Shown: in pieces, positions 10,520-20,883 of the stretch
Position numbering within the stretch: the stretch's first letter is position 1
How the letters are laid out: every line of letters begins with the position of its first letter
From: Clostridia bacterium
Lineage (GTDB): Bacteria; Bacillota; Clostridia; RGIG6154
Assembly (NCBI GenBank): GCA_045589295.1
Contig: JAZNOU010000015.1
Span: forward strand, 1-47,743
Length of the DNA stretch: 47,743 nt
Reading direction: 5' to 3'
The notes under the pieces: generated by a model
What the model was told of the DNA's origin: nothing
Seen by the model: the letters and a program-made list of their open reading frames with translations, nothing else
Database searches by the model: none
Position numbers and translations under genes: made by a program

Positions 10520-12004
10520 ATGAATTTATCAGAAAAATGGCTTTGCCTTAAAAACGGAAGCGACATAAGAGGTATTGCATCCGAAGGTGTCCAAGGATTA
10601 CATATAAATTTAACAGACGATGTGGTTTTTAGCATTGCCGCAGGATTTGCAAAATATGCAAAAGAAAAACTCGGCAAGAACGATATTACAATCGCAATAG
10701 GCCACGACAGCAGAATTTCTGCTCCAAGACTTAAAGAATGTTGCATAGACGCATTTTTAAAAAGCGGCGTTGATGTAATCGACTGCTCTCTTTCAACCAC
10801 ACCTGCAATGTTTATGATAACCGTAGACGAAAGTTATAATGCAGATGCATCTGTTATGCTTACTGCAAGCCATCTTCCCTTTAATAGAAACGGGCTTAAA
10901 TTTTTCACGAAAGATGGCGGGTTTGAAGGTAGCGATATTACAAAAATTTTAGAATACGCAGAAAAAAATGAGTTTGATTTATCAAAACAAGGCTCAGTTA
11001 AAAAAGTTAACTACCTTGAAAAATATTCAAGCGACATTGCGCAAAAAATCAAAAAAGACACAAATTCAGATAAGCCCTTTGACGGCATGAAAATTGCAGT
11101 TGATGCAGGCAACGGAAGCGGCGGATTTTATGCAAAAATGTTAGCGGACTTAGGTGCAGACACGAAAGGAAGTAAATATTTAGAACCTGACGGCACATTC
11201 CCCAATCACATCCCAAACCCCGAAAACAAAGAAGCTATGAAAGCAATCTCAGATGCGGTTTTAGAATCAAAATCAGACCTTGGAATTATTTTTGACACAG
11301 ATGTTGACCGTGCAGCAATAGTTGACCAAAACGGCAATGAAATTAACAAAAACAGACTTATAGCACTTATTTCAGCAGTTTTGATGGAAGAAAAAAAGGG
11401 TACAATAGTAACCGACTCTGTTACAAGTGCAGAGCTTAAAAGCTTTATTGAAAACACTTTAGGCGGCACTCATCACAGATTCAGACGCGGATACAAAAAT
11501 GTTATAAACGAGGCAATCAGGCTTGAAAGCGAAGGCATTTATGCTCCACTTGCAATTGAAACAAGCGGGCACGCCGCATTAAAAGAAAATTATTTCTTAG
11601 ATGACGGCGCATACTTAGTAACACGCCTTTTGATAAAAGCAGTATTAATGAAAAAAGAAGGCAAAAATCTAACAGACTTAATTTCTGAATTAAAAGACCC
11701 ACAGTTTGAAACAGGCTATCGTTTAAACCTTTTAAATAAAGACTTTAAGCCTGACGGCGAAAAAATCCTGAAAGAGCTTAAAAAAGAAACAGAAAAAACT
11801 GATGGATTTTCTCTTGAAACACCAAATTACGAAGGTGTAAGAGTAAATGTGGAAAATGGTTGGTTCTTATTAAGACTTTCACTTCACGAGCCATTAATGC
11901 CTCTTGATATTCAGGGTAACACAACCGAGGCTATGAACAAAATGATTTCATTTATAAAAGAATTTTTAAATAAATTTGACTGCATAGACTCATCAATAAT
12001 GTAA
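10520..12004 (+). CDS. Phosphomannomutase/phosphoglucomutase
   Basis: NGSDIRG, catalytic TASHLP, metal loop FDTDVDR, IETSGH. Confidence 0.94.
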   Translation: MNLSEKWLCLKNGSDIRGIASEGVQGLHINLTDDVVFSIAAGFAKYAKEKLGKNDITIAIGHDSRISAPRLKECCIDAFLKSGVDVIDCSLSTTPAMFMITVDESYNADASVMLTASHLPFNRNGLKFFTKDGGFEGSDITKILEYAEKNEFDLSKQGSVKKVNYLEKYSSDIAQKIKKDTNSDKPFDGMKIAVDAGNGSGGFYAKMLADLGADTKGSKYLEPDGTFPNHIPNPENKEAMKAISDAVLESKSDLGIIFDTDVDRAAIVDQNGNEINKNRLIALISAVLMEEKKGTIVTDSVTSAELKSFIENTLGGTHHRFRRGYKNVINEAIRLESEGIYAPLAIETSGHAALKENYFLDDGAYLVTRLLIKAVLMKKEGKNLTDLISELKDPQFETGYRLNLLNKDFKPDGEKILKELKKETEKTDGFSLETPNYEGVRVNVENGWFLLRLSLHEPLMPLDIQGNTTEAMNKMISFIKEFLNKFDCIDSSIM

Positions 12005-12009
12005 ACAGC

Positions 12010-12035
12010 AAAAGCGGACCATAAGGTCCGCTTTT
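12010..12035. terminator. Bidirectional intrinsic terminator
   Basis: AAAAGCGGACC-ATAA-GGTCCGCTTTT between convergent genes. Confidence 0.9.
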
Positions 12036-12037
12036 AT

Positions 12038-12586
12038 TTATAAATCACTGAACAATCCGTTTTTTAAATCTTTTTCACTCAAGATAAACTCACCGTCGTA
12101 ATATTCGTTCCAGTTGATGTTAAGTGTTGGGTCGTTATAAATTATCGCACCCTCATCGGTTGGGTCATAATAATTTGTGCATTTGTACGCAAAGGTTGCA
12201 CTTTCTGATACCACCAAAAATCCATGAGCAAACCCTTCAGGCACATAAAACTGCTTTTTGTTTTCTTCAGAAAGCAAAACACCATACCACTTGCCGTAAG
12301 TTTTTGAGTCTTTTCTTATGTCAACCGCAACATCGTAAACAGCACCCTCTAAAACTCTTACAAGTTTGCCCTGAGGATTGTTTTTTTGAAAATGAAGTCC
12401 TCTTAAAACACCTTTTTTTGATTTCGATTGATTATCCTGAACAAATTTTGCGAATACACCGCCTTCGATAAATTCTTTTTCCCGGTAGGTTTCCATAAAA
12501 TATCCCCTGTCATCACCAAAAACCTTTGGTGTTATAACAACAAGTCCCTCTATGGGAGTTTTTTCAAATGTAAAATTACTCATCAT
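12038..12586 (-). CDS. rmlC: dTDP-4-dehydrorhamnose 3,5-epimerase
   Basis: FGDDRGYFMETY, FVQDNQSKS..GVLRGLHFQ, PEGFAHGF. Confidence 0.97.
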   Translation of the reverse strand: MMSNFTFEKTPIEGLVVITPKVFGDDRGYFMETYREKEFIEGGVFAKFVQDNQSKSKKGVLRGLHFQKNNPQGKLVRVLEGAVYDVAVDIRKDSKTYGKWYGVLLSEENKKQFYVPEGFAHGFLVVSESATFAYKCTNYYDPTDEGAIIYNDPTLNINWNEYYDGEFILSEKDLKNGLFSDL

Positions 12587-13464
12587 AAGTTCTCCTTATC
12601 AACATTCTGAGCAAAACACAAAAGCGCCTCTCTCCAGTCACGCATATAATCTCCCACTGCATTTTCTAAGTTCTTATGTGAAAGTGCAGAGTTTTTCGGT
12701 CTTTTTGCAGGTGTAGGATATTCTTCTGTAGTACATTTTTTAACCTCACAAAAAATTCCGAACACCTTTACAATTTCTGTTGCAAAATCATGCCACGAAC
12801 AAGTGCCTTTACCTGTGCAGTGGTATATTCCATACTTATCACTTGCGCCAAGCAAAAGCATATGATGAGCTAAATCATTGCAGTTTGTAGGATTTCCAAA
12901 CTGATCTGCAACTACTTTTATACTTTTATTTTCTAATGCTATTTTTCTTATAGTTTTAACGAAATTATTGCCATAATAACCATAAAGCCACGCAGTTCTT
13001 ACAATAAAGTATTTATCACAAGATTCAATTATTTTTTCTTCTCCAGCTCTTTTGGTTCTTCCGTATGCACTAACAGGACCGCACTCATCATCTTCAAAGT
13101 AGACGCCTTCCTTTTGACCATCAAACACATAATCTGTTGAAATATGTACCAGTTTTGCACCTGTTCTGTTTGCTAAAAGCGCAAGATTTTCAGCACCTGT
13201 TGCATTTATTTTATAAGCAAACTCCTCTTCATCTTCGCACTTATTTACATTTGTGTAAGCAGCACAGTTAAATATTATATCAAACTCTCCGAAATTTAAA
13301 ACTTCATCTTTGTTTGTAATGTCAAGCACATCAACGTCACACTGTATAATTTCTGCGTCATCATAAATGCTTGGGATTTCTCCAATTTCAGATTTTTTTG
13401 CCTTTATTATTTTAACAAGCTGTGTACCAAGCTGACCCTTTGCACCTGTAATTAAAATTTTCAT
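12583..13464 (-). CDS. rmlD: dTDP-4-dehydrorhamnose reductase
   Basis: [37 protein letters not shown]. Confidence 0.96.
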   Translation of the reverse strand: MKILITGAKGQLGTQLVKIIKAKKSEIGEIPSIYDDAEIIQCDVDVLDITNKDEVLNFGEFDIIFNCAAYTNVNKCEDEEEFAYKINATGAENLALLANRTGAKLVHISTDYVFDGQKEGVYFEDDECGPVSAYGRTKRAGEEKIIESCDKYFIVRTAWLYGYYGNNFVKTIRKIALENKSIKVVADQFGNPTNCNDLAHHMLLLGASDKYGIYHCTGKGTCSWHDFATEIVKVFGIFCEVKKCTTEEYPTPAKRPKNSALSHKNLENAVGDYMRDWREALLCFAQNVDKENL

Positions 13465-14327
13465 CTGTTTGCAATTCCTTTTAAATATACTCCGTAGTCA
13501 GTTTTATATAATGGCTCTGCCAGTTTCAAAAGCTGCTCTTTATCTATAAAGCCTTTTTTGTATGCAATTTCTTCTAAAGCCGCAATAAAAAGTCCTTGTC
13601 TTGTCTGCACAGTTTCTACAAAGTTTGATGCTGCAAGCATCGCTTTATGTGTTCCCGTATCAAGCCATGCCATACCTCTGCCCATAAGCTCTACTTTAAG
13701 GTTTCCTCTGTTTAAATACTCCATATTAACATCTGTAATCTCAAGTTCGCCTCTTTTTGAAGGTTTGATATTCTTTGCAATTTCCACTACCTGATTATCA
13801 TAAAAATAAAGCCCAGGAACTGCATAATTTGACTTTGGATTTTCAGGCTTTTCCTCGATAGAAATTACGTTATTATTTTCATCAAACTCAACAACACCAA
13901 AATCTTTCGGATTTGATACGTGATAACCGAAAATTATGCCGCCCTCTTTTAAAGCCGCACTTCTCTCAAGTCTTTCAGAAAATCCGTAACCATAAAAGAT
14001 ATTATCACCCAAAACAAGACAAACACTGTCATTGCCTATAAATTCCTCGCCTATTACAAAAGCTTCAGCAAGACCTTTAGGCTCTTTTTGCACCGCATAA
14101 GAAATATTAAGTCCTAAATGATTTCCATCACCAAACAGTCTTTCAAAACCGCCAATATCGGTTGGAGTTGAAATAATTAAAATGTCTTTTATGCCTGCAA
14201 GCATTAATGTTGACATTGGATAATAAATCATAGGCTTGTCATAAACACAAAGCATTTGTTTTGAGCACGCAAGTGTTGCAGGATAAAGTCTTGTTCCTGC
14301 GCCGCCTGCTAAAATTATACCTTTCAC
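13461..14327 (-). CDS. rmlA: Glucose-1-phosphate thymidylyltransferase
   Basis: [38 protein letters not shown]; probable GTG start at 14327 after GAGGTGG. Confidence 0.97.
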   Translation of the reverse strand: MKGIILAGGAGTRLYPATLACSKQMLCVYDKPMIYYPMSTLMLAGIKDILIISTPTDIGGFERLFGDGNHLGLNISYAVQKEPKGLAEAFVIGEEFIGNDSVCLVLGDNIFYGYGFSERLERSAALKEGGIIFGYHVSNPKDFGVVEFDENNNVISIEEKPENPKSNYAVPGLYFYDNQVVEIAKNIKPSKRGELEITDVNMEYLNRGNLKVELMGRGMAWLDTGTHKAMLAASNFVETVQTRQGLFIAALEEIAYKKGFIDKEQLLKLAEPLYKTDYGVYLKGIANR

Positions 14328-14382
14328 CCAAACCACCTCTTAGTTATTTTATCACACATTACACCATTTTTCAACAGCAAAT

Positions 14383-14460
14383 ATGTTTTGGCTTGAAAAA
14401 GGCAAATGCAAAGCTATAGGCAAAACTGAAGAAATTTGTAATATGTATAAAAGCAATTAA
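14383..14460 (+). pseudogene. Possible relic: C-terminal tail of an ABC transporter ATPase (Wzt/TagH-like)
   Basis: Reads FWLEKGKCKAIGKTEEICNMYKSN*, resembling the WLxKGxxxxxGxxxEVxxxY tail of polysaccharide-export ATPases; stop abuts a terminator; no RBS. Confidence 0.4.
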
Positions 14461-14461
14461 T

Positions 14462-14491
14462 AAAAAGCGGACATTTAATTTGTCCGCTTTT
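14462..14491. terminator. Bidirectional terminator-like hairpin
   Basis: AAAAAGCGGACA...TGTCCGCTTTT; same stem as the 12010 terminator. Confidence 0.75.
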
Positions 14492-14630
14492 ACCATTTTT
14501 GTATCGCCCTTATACCTTGTGTTATCCGAACAAGAGGAAAGTAATATACAAATTAAAACAACCACAAAAATTTTTTTCAAGTTATTCACCTCTGAATATT
14601 ATTATGAATATTTTCTTGTAGTTGTATACA

Positions 14631-14659
14631 AAAAACCGCACTCATTACGAGTGCGGTTT
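14631..14659 (-). terminator. Intrinsic terminator after gdhA
   Basis: AAACCGCACTC-ATTAC-GAGTGCGGTTT with T-run on minus strand. Confidence 0.88.
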
Positions 14660-14669
14660 AATTTTTAAT

Positions 14670-16025
14670 TTAGATGATACCAAATGCCATCATAGCCTCT
14701 GCAACTTTCTTGAAGCCCGCAATGTTTGCGCCTGCAACAAGGTCGTATCCAAGACCATATTCTTCAGCTGTTTCCATAGAAACGTTGTGAATGTTAACCA
14801 TAATAGCTTTAAGTTTTTCATCAACTTCTTCAGCTGTCCAGCTGTATCTCATTGAGTTCTGGCTCATTTCAAGAGCTGAAACTGCAACACCGCCGGCATT
14901 AACAGCCTTTGAAGGTCCAACAACCAAGCCTTTGCCTCTGATAAGAGCCATTGCATCAGCTGTTGTAGGCATGTTAGCAACTTCGATGTAATATTTTACG
15001 CCGTTAGCAATAATTTTTTCTGCTTCTGCAGTTCCAACTTCGTTCTGTGTTGCGCAAGGCATACAAATATCAACCTTAACGCCCCATGGTTTTTCTTTCG
15101 CGTGGAATTCGCAACCAAATTTTTCAGCATAATCCTGAGCACGATCTCTGCCTGAACTTCTCATTTCAAGCATATAGTCGAATTTTTCTTTAGTTGTAAC
15201 ACCTTCAGGATCGTAAACATAACCATCAGGACCTGAGATTGTAACAACCTTACCGCCGAGTTCTGCAACTTTCTGGCAAACACCCCAAGCAACGTTACCG
15301 AAGCCTGAAACTGCAACTGTTTTGCCTTCAAATGTTTCACCAAAATGTTTTAATACTTCGTTTGCATAATATGTAGCACCAAAGCCTGTAGCTTCAGGTC
15401 TGATTAATGAACCGCCGTAAGGAATACCTTTACCTGTTAAAACGCCGTTTTCCCAGCATCCTTTAATTCTCTTGTACTGGCCGTAGAAGAAACCGATTTC
15501 TCTTGCACCAACACCGATATCACCTGCAGGAACGTCAACGTCAGGACCGATATGTCTGTAAAGCTCTGTCATAAAGCTCTGGCAGAATCTCATGATTTCT
15601 GCATCACTCTTACCTCTTGGGTCAAAGTCAGAACCACCCTTACCGCCACCGATAGGAAGACCTGTTAAAGAGTTTTTAAATGTCTGTTCAAAACCTAAGA
15701 ATTTCATAATGCTGAGGTTAACTGATGGATGAAGTCTTAAACCACCTTTGTAAGGACCGATTGCACTGTTAAACTGCACTCTAAAACCTCTGTTTGTATG
15801 GGCAACACCATTGTCGTCAACCCATGGAACTCTGAATGTGATTGATCTTTCAGGTTCTACAATTCTTTCCATAAGTCCTGCTTTTTCATACTCAGGATGT
15901 TTTTCCATAACAGGCTCTAATGATTCAAAAACTTCTTCTACTGTTTGAAGAAATTCAGGTTCATTTTTGTCTCTTGCCTGCACCTGTTCAAATACTCTTT
16001 TTAAGTATTCGTTTTTTAATGCCAT
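14670..16025 (-). CDS. gdhA: NADP-specific glutamate dehydrogenase
   Basis: GPYKGGLR, GGGKGGSDFDP, DVPAGDIGVG, RPEATGFG, GFGNV; start at 16025 chosen by RBS spacing. Confidence 0.96.
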   Translation of the reverse strand: MALKNEYLKRVFEQVQARDKNEPEFLQTVEEVFESLEPVMEKHPEYEKAGLMERIVEPERSITFRVPWVDDNGVAHTNRGFRVQFNSAIGPYKGGLRLHPSVNLSIMKFLGFEQTFKNSLTGLPIGGGKGGSDFDPRGKSDAEIMRFCQSFMTELYRHIGPDVDVPAGDIGVGAREIGFFYGQYKRIKGCWENGVLTGKGIPYGGSLIRPEATGFGATYYANEVLKHFGETFEGKTVAVSGFGNVAWGVCQKVAELGGKVVTISGPDGYVYDPEGVTTKEKFDYMLEMRSSGRDRAQDYAEKFGCEFHAKEKPWGVKVDICMPCATQNEVGTAEAEKIIANGVKYYIEVANMPTTADAMALIRGKGLVVGPSKAVNAGGVAVSALEMSQNSMRYSWTAEEVDEKLKAIMVNIHNVSMETAEEYGLGYDLVAGANIAGFKKVAEAMMAFGII

Positions 16026-16061
16026 TTGACACATCTCCTTTTCTTTGCTAAAAAAGCAAAA

Positions 16062-17453
16062 TTAATTTTTTTCACTTAAATACTCCATAATAGCCTTTGC
16101 CGCTTTTTTGCCTGCACCCATTGCAAGTATAACTGTGGCAGCACCTGTTACCGCATCGCCGCCGGCATAAACGCCCGGGATTGAAGTTTTTCCCGTTTCG
16201 TCAGCTATTATTCCGCCCCACTCATAAGTTTCAAGACCCTTCGTGGTTTGTTTTATCAAAGGATTGGGGGTCTGACCAATTGCAATAATCACATTTTCAA
16301 GCTCAATTTCAAACTCAGAATCTTTTATTGCTACAGGTCTTCTTCTGCCTGATTTATCAGGCTCACCCAATTCCATTTTAACACATTTAATTGCTTTTAC
16401 CCATCCGTTTTCATCACCAATGATTTCAACTGGGTTTGTAAGAAGATTAAATAAAATATTTTCTTCTTTTGCATGCTCAATTTCTTCTTTTCTTGCAGGC
16501 ATTTCGTCTTCACCGCGTCTGTAAATTATATACACATTCTCAGCACCCAGACGTTTTGCACAACGCGCTGCGTCCATAGCAACATTTCCGCCGCCTACCA
16601 CCGCAACGTTTTTCCCTAAATAAACAGGAGTGTCGTACTCAGGGAATTTATAAGCTTTCATAAGATTTACTCGAGTTAAAAACTCGTTTGCAGAATAAAC
16701 ACCGTTAAAGCTTTCGCCCTTTATTTTCATAAATGACGGAAGTCCTGCACCTGTGCCGATAAACACCGCCTCAAAGCCAGCTTCAAAAAGTTCTGAAACC
16801 TCGATGGTTTTACCTACGACAGTATCAAGCTCTATTTTTACATCCAAATCTTTCAATTTATCTATTTCTGCCTGAACGATATTTTTGGGTAAACGAAATT
16901 CAGGAATACCATAAACCAAAACACCGCCAGCCTTGTGAAATGCTTCAAAAATTGTAACATCGAAGCCCGCCTTTGCAAGATCACCTGCACACGCAAGCGA
17001 AGCTGGACCCGCGCCTATAACTGCGACTTTTTTGCCGTTTTTTTCTATTTTGAGCTGTTTTTCTTTGCAGTTTTGCATAAAATAATCTGCAGCAAATCGT
17101 TCCAATCTTCCGATTGCAACACTTTCGCCCTTTATTCCTCTTACGCAATATTTCTCACACTGCGACTCCTGAGGACAAACTCTTCCGCAAACAGCAGGAA
17201 GCGAACTTGTTTCTTTTATTTTATAATATGCCCCTTCAAAATCTCCTTTTTTCACAAGATCGATGAATTCAGGGATTTTAACATTTACAGGGCACCCATT
17301 CATACAAGGCTTGTTTTTGCAGTTAAGACAACGTTCAGCCTCTTCAATTGCCATTTTTTCATCATACCCAAGAGCTACTTCATCAAAGTTTTTGTTTCTT
17401 TTGTCAGGCTCTTGCTGAGGCATTTTAACTCTTTCATTTGACATATTAGGCAT
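16062..17453 (-). CDS. nfnB: NfnB/SudA-type flavoprotein (GltD-like) with two Fe-S clusters
   Basis: RCLNC..CMNGCP, CGRVCPQESQCE, GAGPA, GGGNVAMDAAR, GGDAVTGAATV; paired with nfnA, no large glutamate synthase subunit nearby. Confidence 0.88.
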   Translation of the reverse strand: MPNMSNERVKMPQQEPDKRNKNFDEVALGYDEKMAIEEAERCLNCKNKPCMNGCPVNVKIPEFIDLVKKGDFEGAYYKIKETSSLPAVCGRVCPQESQCEKYCVRGIKGESVAIGRLERFAADYFMQNCKEKQLKIEKNGKKVAVIGAGPASLACAGDLAKAGFDVTIFEAFHKAGGVLVYGIPEFRLPKNIVQAEIDKLKDLDVKIELDTVVGKTIEVSELFEAGFEAVFIGTGAGLPSFMKIKGESFNGVYSANEFLTRVNLMKAYKFPEYDTPVYLGKNVAVVGGGNVAMDAARCAKRLGAENVYIIYRRGEDEMPARKEEIEHAKEENILFNLLTNPVEIIGDENGWVKAIKCVKMELGEPDKSGRRRPVAIKDSEFEIELENVIIAIGQTPNPLIKQTTKGLETYEWGGIIADETGKTSIPGVYAGGDAVTGAATVILAMGAGKKAAKAIMEYLSEKN

Positions 17454-18307
17454 TACAAAGCGCCTCCAAATCTTTTGCAAATATGCTCTTCTTTTGCTTG
17501 CTGTTCTTGTTTATTAAAAGTTTTAGATCTCATAATTGCCTCATCAAAGTCAACCAAATGTCCGTCAAAGTCAGGACCGTCAACACACGCAAATTTTGTT
17601 TCACCGCCAACGGTTACTCTGCAACCTCCGCACATACCTGTTCCATCTATCATAACGGGATTCATACTAACAATTGTTTTAATACCATACTCTTTTGTAA
17701 GTTTTGATACAAATTTCATCATAACCAAAGGCCCGATTGCAATTACAAGGTCGTAATTATTGCCCTCTTCTATCAACTCTTTTAAAACATCTGTAACAAA
17801 TCCCTTTTTGCCGTTTGAACCATCGTCTGTTGCAACAATACATTTATGGCTTACTTTTTTACATTCATCTTCTAAAATAACAAGCTCTTTATTTCTAAAA
17901 CCTGTGATAATATGAACCTCTGAGCCAAGTGCAAAAAGTTCTTTTGCCTGAGGATATGCAATTGCAGTGCCAAGGCCTCCTCCTACAACTGCAACTTTTT
18001 TATACCCCTCTAAATGCGAGGCAGTACCAAGTGGGCCTACAAAATCTAAAATACAGTCACCTGTTTCAAGTTCAGCAAGACGCATTGTTGTCGCTCCAAC
18101 CTGCTGAAAGATTATTGTAACTCCGCCTGTTTTTCTATTATAATCTGCAATTGTAAGCGGTATTCTTTCGCCCTTTTCATCAATTCTGAAAATTATAAAC
18201 TGTCCCGGTTTTGCTTTTGCAGCAATTTGGGGAGCATAAATTTCTAAGAGCGTAACTTGCTCGTTAAGCACTTGTTTTTTCATTATTTCAAATTTTTTAA
18301 AGTCCAT
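17453..18307 (-). CDS. nfnA: NfnA/SudB-type FAD/NAD-binding 2Fe-2S subunit
   Basis: PGQFII, GERIPLTIAD, GGGLG, MIDGTGMCGGCRV, CVDGPDFDGH. Confidence 0.9.
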   Translation of the reverse strand: MDFKKFEIMKKQVLNEQVTLLEIYAPQIAAKAKPGQFIIFRIDEKGERIPLTIADYNRKTGGVTIIFQQVGATTMRLAELETGDCILDFVGPLGTASHLEGYKKVAVVGGGLGTAIAYPQAKELFALGSEVHIITGFRNKELVILEDECKKVSHKCIVATDDGSNGKKGFVTDVLKELIEEGNNYDLVIAIGPLVMMKFVSKLTKEYGIKTIVSMNPVMIDGTGMCGGCRVTVGGETKFACVDGPDFDGHLVDFDEAIMRSKTFNKQEQQAKEEHICKRFGGAL

Positions 18308-18422
18308 AAAGTGCCCCTCCTTGAAATTTATTTTTTTATTTTACCACACTTTTTGATACAAATCAATATTTTTCAATGTTTTTTGCGAAAAAAATGAAAT
18401 TTTAATTCCTAAAACTTGCAAA

Positions 18423-19442
18423 TTATCTATCTGAATACATTTTATCATAGTAATTCTTATACTCACCACTAACAATTTCCTGCCACCAGTTTTTATTTTC
18501 AAGATACCATTTAATTGTTTTTTCAATACCATCTTCAAATTTTGTTTCAGGACTCCAACCAAGCTCATTTGTGATTTTTGTCGGATCGATAGCATATCTT
18601 AAATCGTGACCTTTTCTGTCTGTAACATAGGTAATAAGTTCTTCGCTTTTCCCAAGTCGGTCAATGATAATTTTAACAATTTCAATATTTTTCTTCTCAT
18701 TATGACCACCAACGTTGTAAACCTCACCCGCTTTACCTTTATGTATAATTACATCAACTGCTTTACAGTGGTCTTCAACATAAAGCCAGTCCCTTACATT
18801 TTCGCCTTTTCCATAAACGGGAAGCGATTTTCCAGCCAAGGCATTTATTATCATAAGCGGGATAAGCTTTTCAGGAAAATGAAAAGGCCCGTAGTTGTTT
18901 GAACACCTTGAAATTGTTACAGGAAGTCCGAATGTCCTGAAATATGCCTGACACAAAAGGTCAGCCGATGCCTTTGATGCAGAGTACGGACTTGATGTGT
19001 GAACAGGTGTACTTTCGGTAAACATAAGTTCAGGTTTGTCAAGCGGTAAATCTCCGTAAACCTCATCGGTGGAAATCTGATGGTATCTTTTTACATTATA
19101 TTTAAGTGATGCATCCATCAAAACCTGAGTTCCCAAAATATTTGTTCTTAAAAACACTTCGGGATTTTCAATAGATCTGTCGACATGGCTTTCTGCAGCA
19201 AAGTTTACTACGATATCAAATTTTTCGCTTTCAAACAATTCAAATATAAGCTTTCTGTCGGTAATATCGCCTTTTACAAACTTAAATTTCGGGTTTTTAA
19301 GTGCATTTTGGAGTGTGCTTAAATTCCCTGCGTATGTAAGTGCGTCAAGACATACTATTTCATAGTCTGCATACTTATTAAGCATATAATAAACAAAATT
19401 ACTACCTATAAATCCAGCACCGCCGGTAACCAAAATCTTCAA
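18423..19442 (-). CDS. rmlB: dTDP-glucose 4,6-dehydratase
   Basis: VTGGAGFIGSN, FAAESHVDRSI, ISTDEVYG, PYSASK, SNNYGP. Confidence 0.97.
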   Translation of the reverse strand: MKILVTGGAGFIGSNFVYYMLNKYADYEIVCLDALTYAGNLSTLQNALKNPKFKFVKGDITDRKLIFELFESEKFDIVVNFAAESHVDRSIENPEVFLRTNILGTQVLMDASLKYNVKRYHQISTDEVYGDLPLDKPELMFTESTPVHTSSPYSASKASADLLCQAYFRTFGLPVTISRCSNNYGPFHFPEKLIPLMIINALAGKSLPVYGKGENVRDWLYVEDHCKAVDVIIHKGKAGEVYNVGGHNEKKNIEIVKIIIDRLGKSEELITYVTDRKGHDLRYAIDPTKITNELGWSPETKFEDGIEKTIKWYLENKNWWQEIVSGEYKNYYDKMYSDR

Positions 19443-19523
19443 AGATTATTCCTCCGTTTTCTTAACAATAAATTATACAATATTCTGCATAATTTGTCAA
19501 TAAATCTATCGTTTAAAAAACAC

Positions 19524-19547
19524 AAAGAGAGCCGTACGGCTCTCTTT
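19524..19547 (-). terminator. Terminator hairpin after mgtE
   Basis: Perfect 24-bp palindrome AAAGAGAGCCGTACGGCTCTCTTT overlapping the stop codon. Confidence 0.8.
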
Positions 19548-20883
19548 AAATATTTAATATATATGATGCAATATTGAAATAAATTACCAAAGAAAGTGCA
19601 TCTATTATTGTTGTAATAAAAGGTGATGCTACAACTGCCGGGTCGAGCTTTAATTTTTTTGCCATAATAGGAAGTGTGCATCCTATTATTTTTGCAAAAA
19701 ACACTGTTGCAATAAGAGTTAAGTTTACAACCATTGAAACCTCAAGTCCTACCCTGTCAATAATTAAAAGCTTTAAAAAGTTGACAATCGCAAGAGCTAT
19801 TCCGCACAAAACACCAACTCTTATTTCTTTCCACGTTGCGCGGAGCAAATCACTGAATTCAATTTCACCCAAAGAAATACCACGGATAATTGTAACTGAT
19901 GACTGACCACCTGCATTACCGCCCGTTCCCATAAACATGGGGATGAATGATGTTAATATCACCATTTTACCAAGAGCTTCCTCGAAATGTGAAATAATTG
20001 CACCTGTAAATGCCGCAGAAATCATAAGAAGCATAAGCCACGGGATACGTTGTAAAAAAGTTTCAAAAACGCCTGTTTTGAAATACGATTTATCAGACGG
20101 AGTAATAGCCGCCATTTTTTCAATATCTTCGGTGTTTTCTTCCTGCAAAACGTCAATAGCATCATCAATTGTAACAATACCTACCAACCTTGATTCTTTA
20201 TCAACAACAGGAAGAGCTAAAAAGTTATATTTACTTAAAGCATTTACCACTTCTTCTTTATCATCATCCGTGTTGACAGAAATAACATTTGTGTCCATAA
20301 TATCGCCTACGATATCGTCATAACTTGCTAAAAGCAGGTCCTTAACAGACAAAACACCTTGCAATTTCCTGTTTTTGTTTGTAACATAGCATGTATAAAT
20401 AGTTTCTTTGTCAACACCTGTTTTTCTTATGTGCTCAAACGCCTCTTGAACTGTCATCTCTTTTTTAAGGTCCACAAACTCAACTGTCATAACACTTCCT
20501 GCACTATCATCTTTATATTGCAGCAAATGATTTATAAGCTTTCTTGTGTCAGCATCTGTGTTTTTAAGTACTCTTTTTACAACATTTGCCGGCATCTCAT
20601 CAATAAAGTCAACCGTATCATCTAAGAAAAGCTCATCAATAATTCCTGAAAGTTCTCTATCTGTAATTGCCTCAACTATGTTTTGTTGCATATCGGGTTC
20701 CATATACGAAAACGTTTCTGCTGCAAGTTCTTTTGGTAAAAGTCGGAAAACTCTTACAATATCATCATTCTCTAACTCCTCAAAAAGGCCCGCAATATCA
20801 ACTGCGTTTTCTTCCAAAAGGCTTTCGCGAATTTGATTGAAATTACTTTTGTTTAATATCAACTCTTTTATTTTATCTTCCAT
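19546..20883 (-). CDS. mgtE: Magnesium transporter MgtE
   Basis: Acidic N domain, CBS pair, RIPWL, GTGGNAGGQS, DPAVVASPFITTIIDA. Confidence 0.97.
   Translation of the reverse strand: MEDKIKELILNKSNFNQIRESLLEENAVDIAGLFEELENDDIVRVFRLLPKELAAETFSYMEPDMQQNIVEAITDRELSGIIDELFLDDTVDFIDEMPANVVKRVLKNTDADTRKLINHLLQYKDDSAGSVMTVEFVDLKKEMTVQEAFEHIRKTGVDKETIYTCYVTNKNRKLQGVLSVKDLLLASYDDIVGDIMDTNVISVNTDDDKEEVVNALSKYNFLALPVVDKESRLVGIVTIDDAIDVLQEENTEDIEKMAAITPSDKSYFKTGVFETFLQRIPWLMLLMISAAFTGAIISHFEEALGKMVILTSFIPMFMGTGGNAGGQSSVTIIRGISLGEIEFSDLLRATWKEIRVGVLCGIALAIVNFLKLLIIDRVGLEVSMVVNLTLIATVFFAKIIGCTLPIMAKKLKLDPAVVASPFITTIIDALSLVIYFNIASYILNI

Larger units (their letters stand above)
14371..14580 (-). pseudogene. 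Probable truncated lipoprotein gene
   Basis: GAGGTG RBS, TTG start, KKIFVVVLICILLSSC signal peptide with lipobox; frame then runs through the terminator hairpin. Confidence 0.4.

Noticed and set aside
14396-14445. c-di-GMP-I riboswitch-like words (GCAAAGCTATAGG and GGCAAAACTGAAGAAATTTGT)
   Set aside because: Elements are in the wrong order, P3 and 3' P1 are missing, there is no downstream plus-strand gene, and a coding relic explains the sequence better.
16062-17453. Glutamate synthase small subunit
   Set aside because: No large subunit nearby, and the partner gene has NfnA/SudB motifs.
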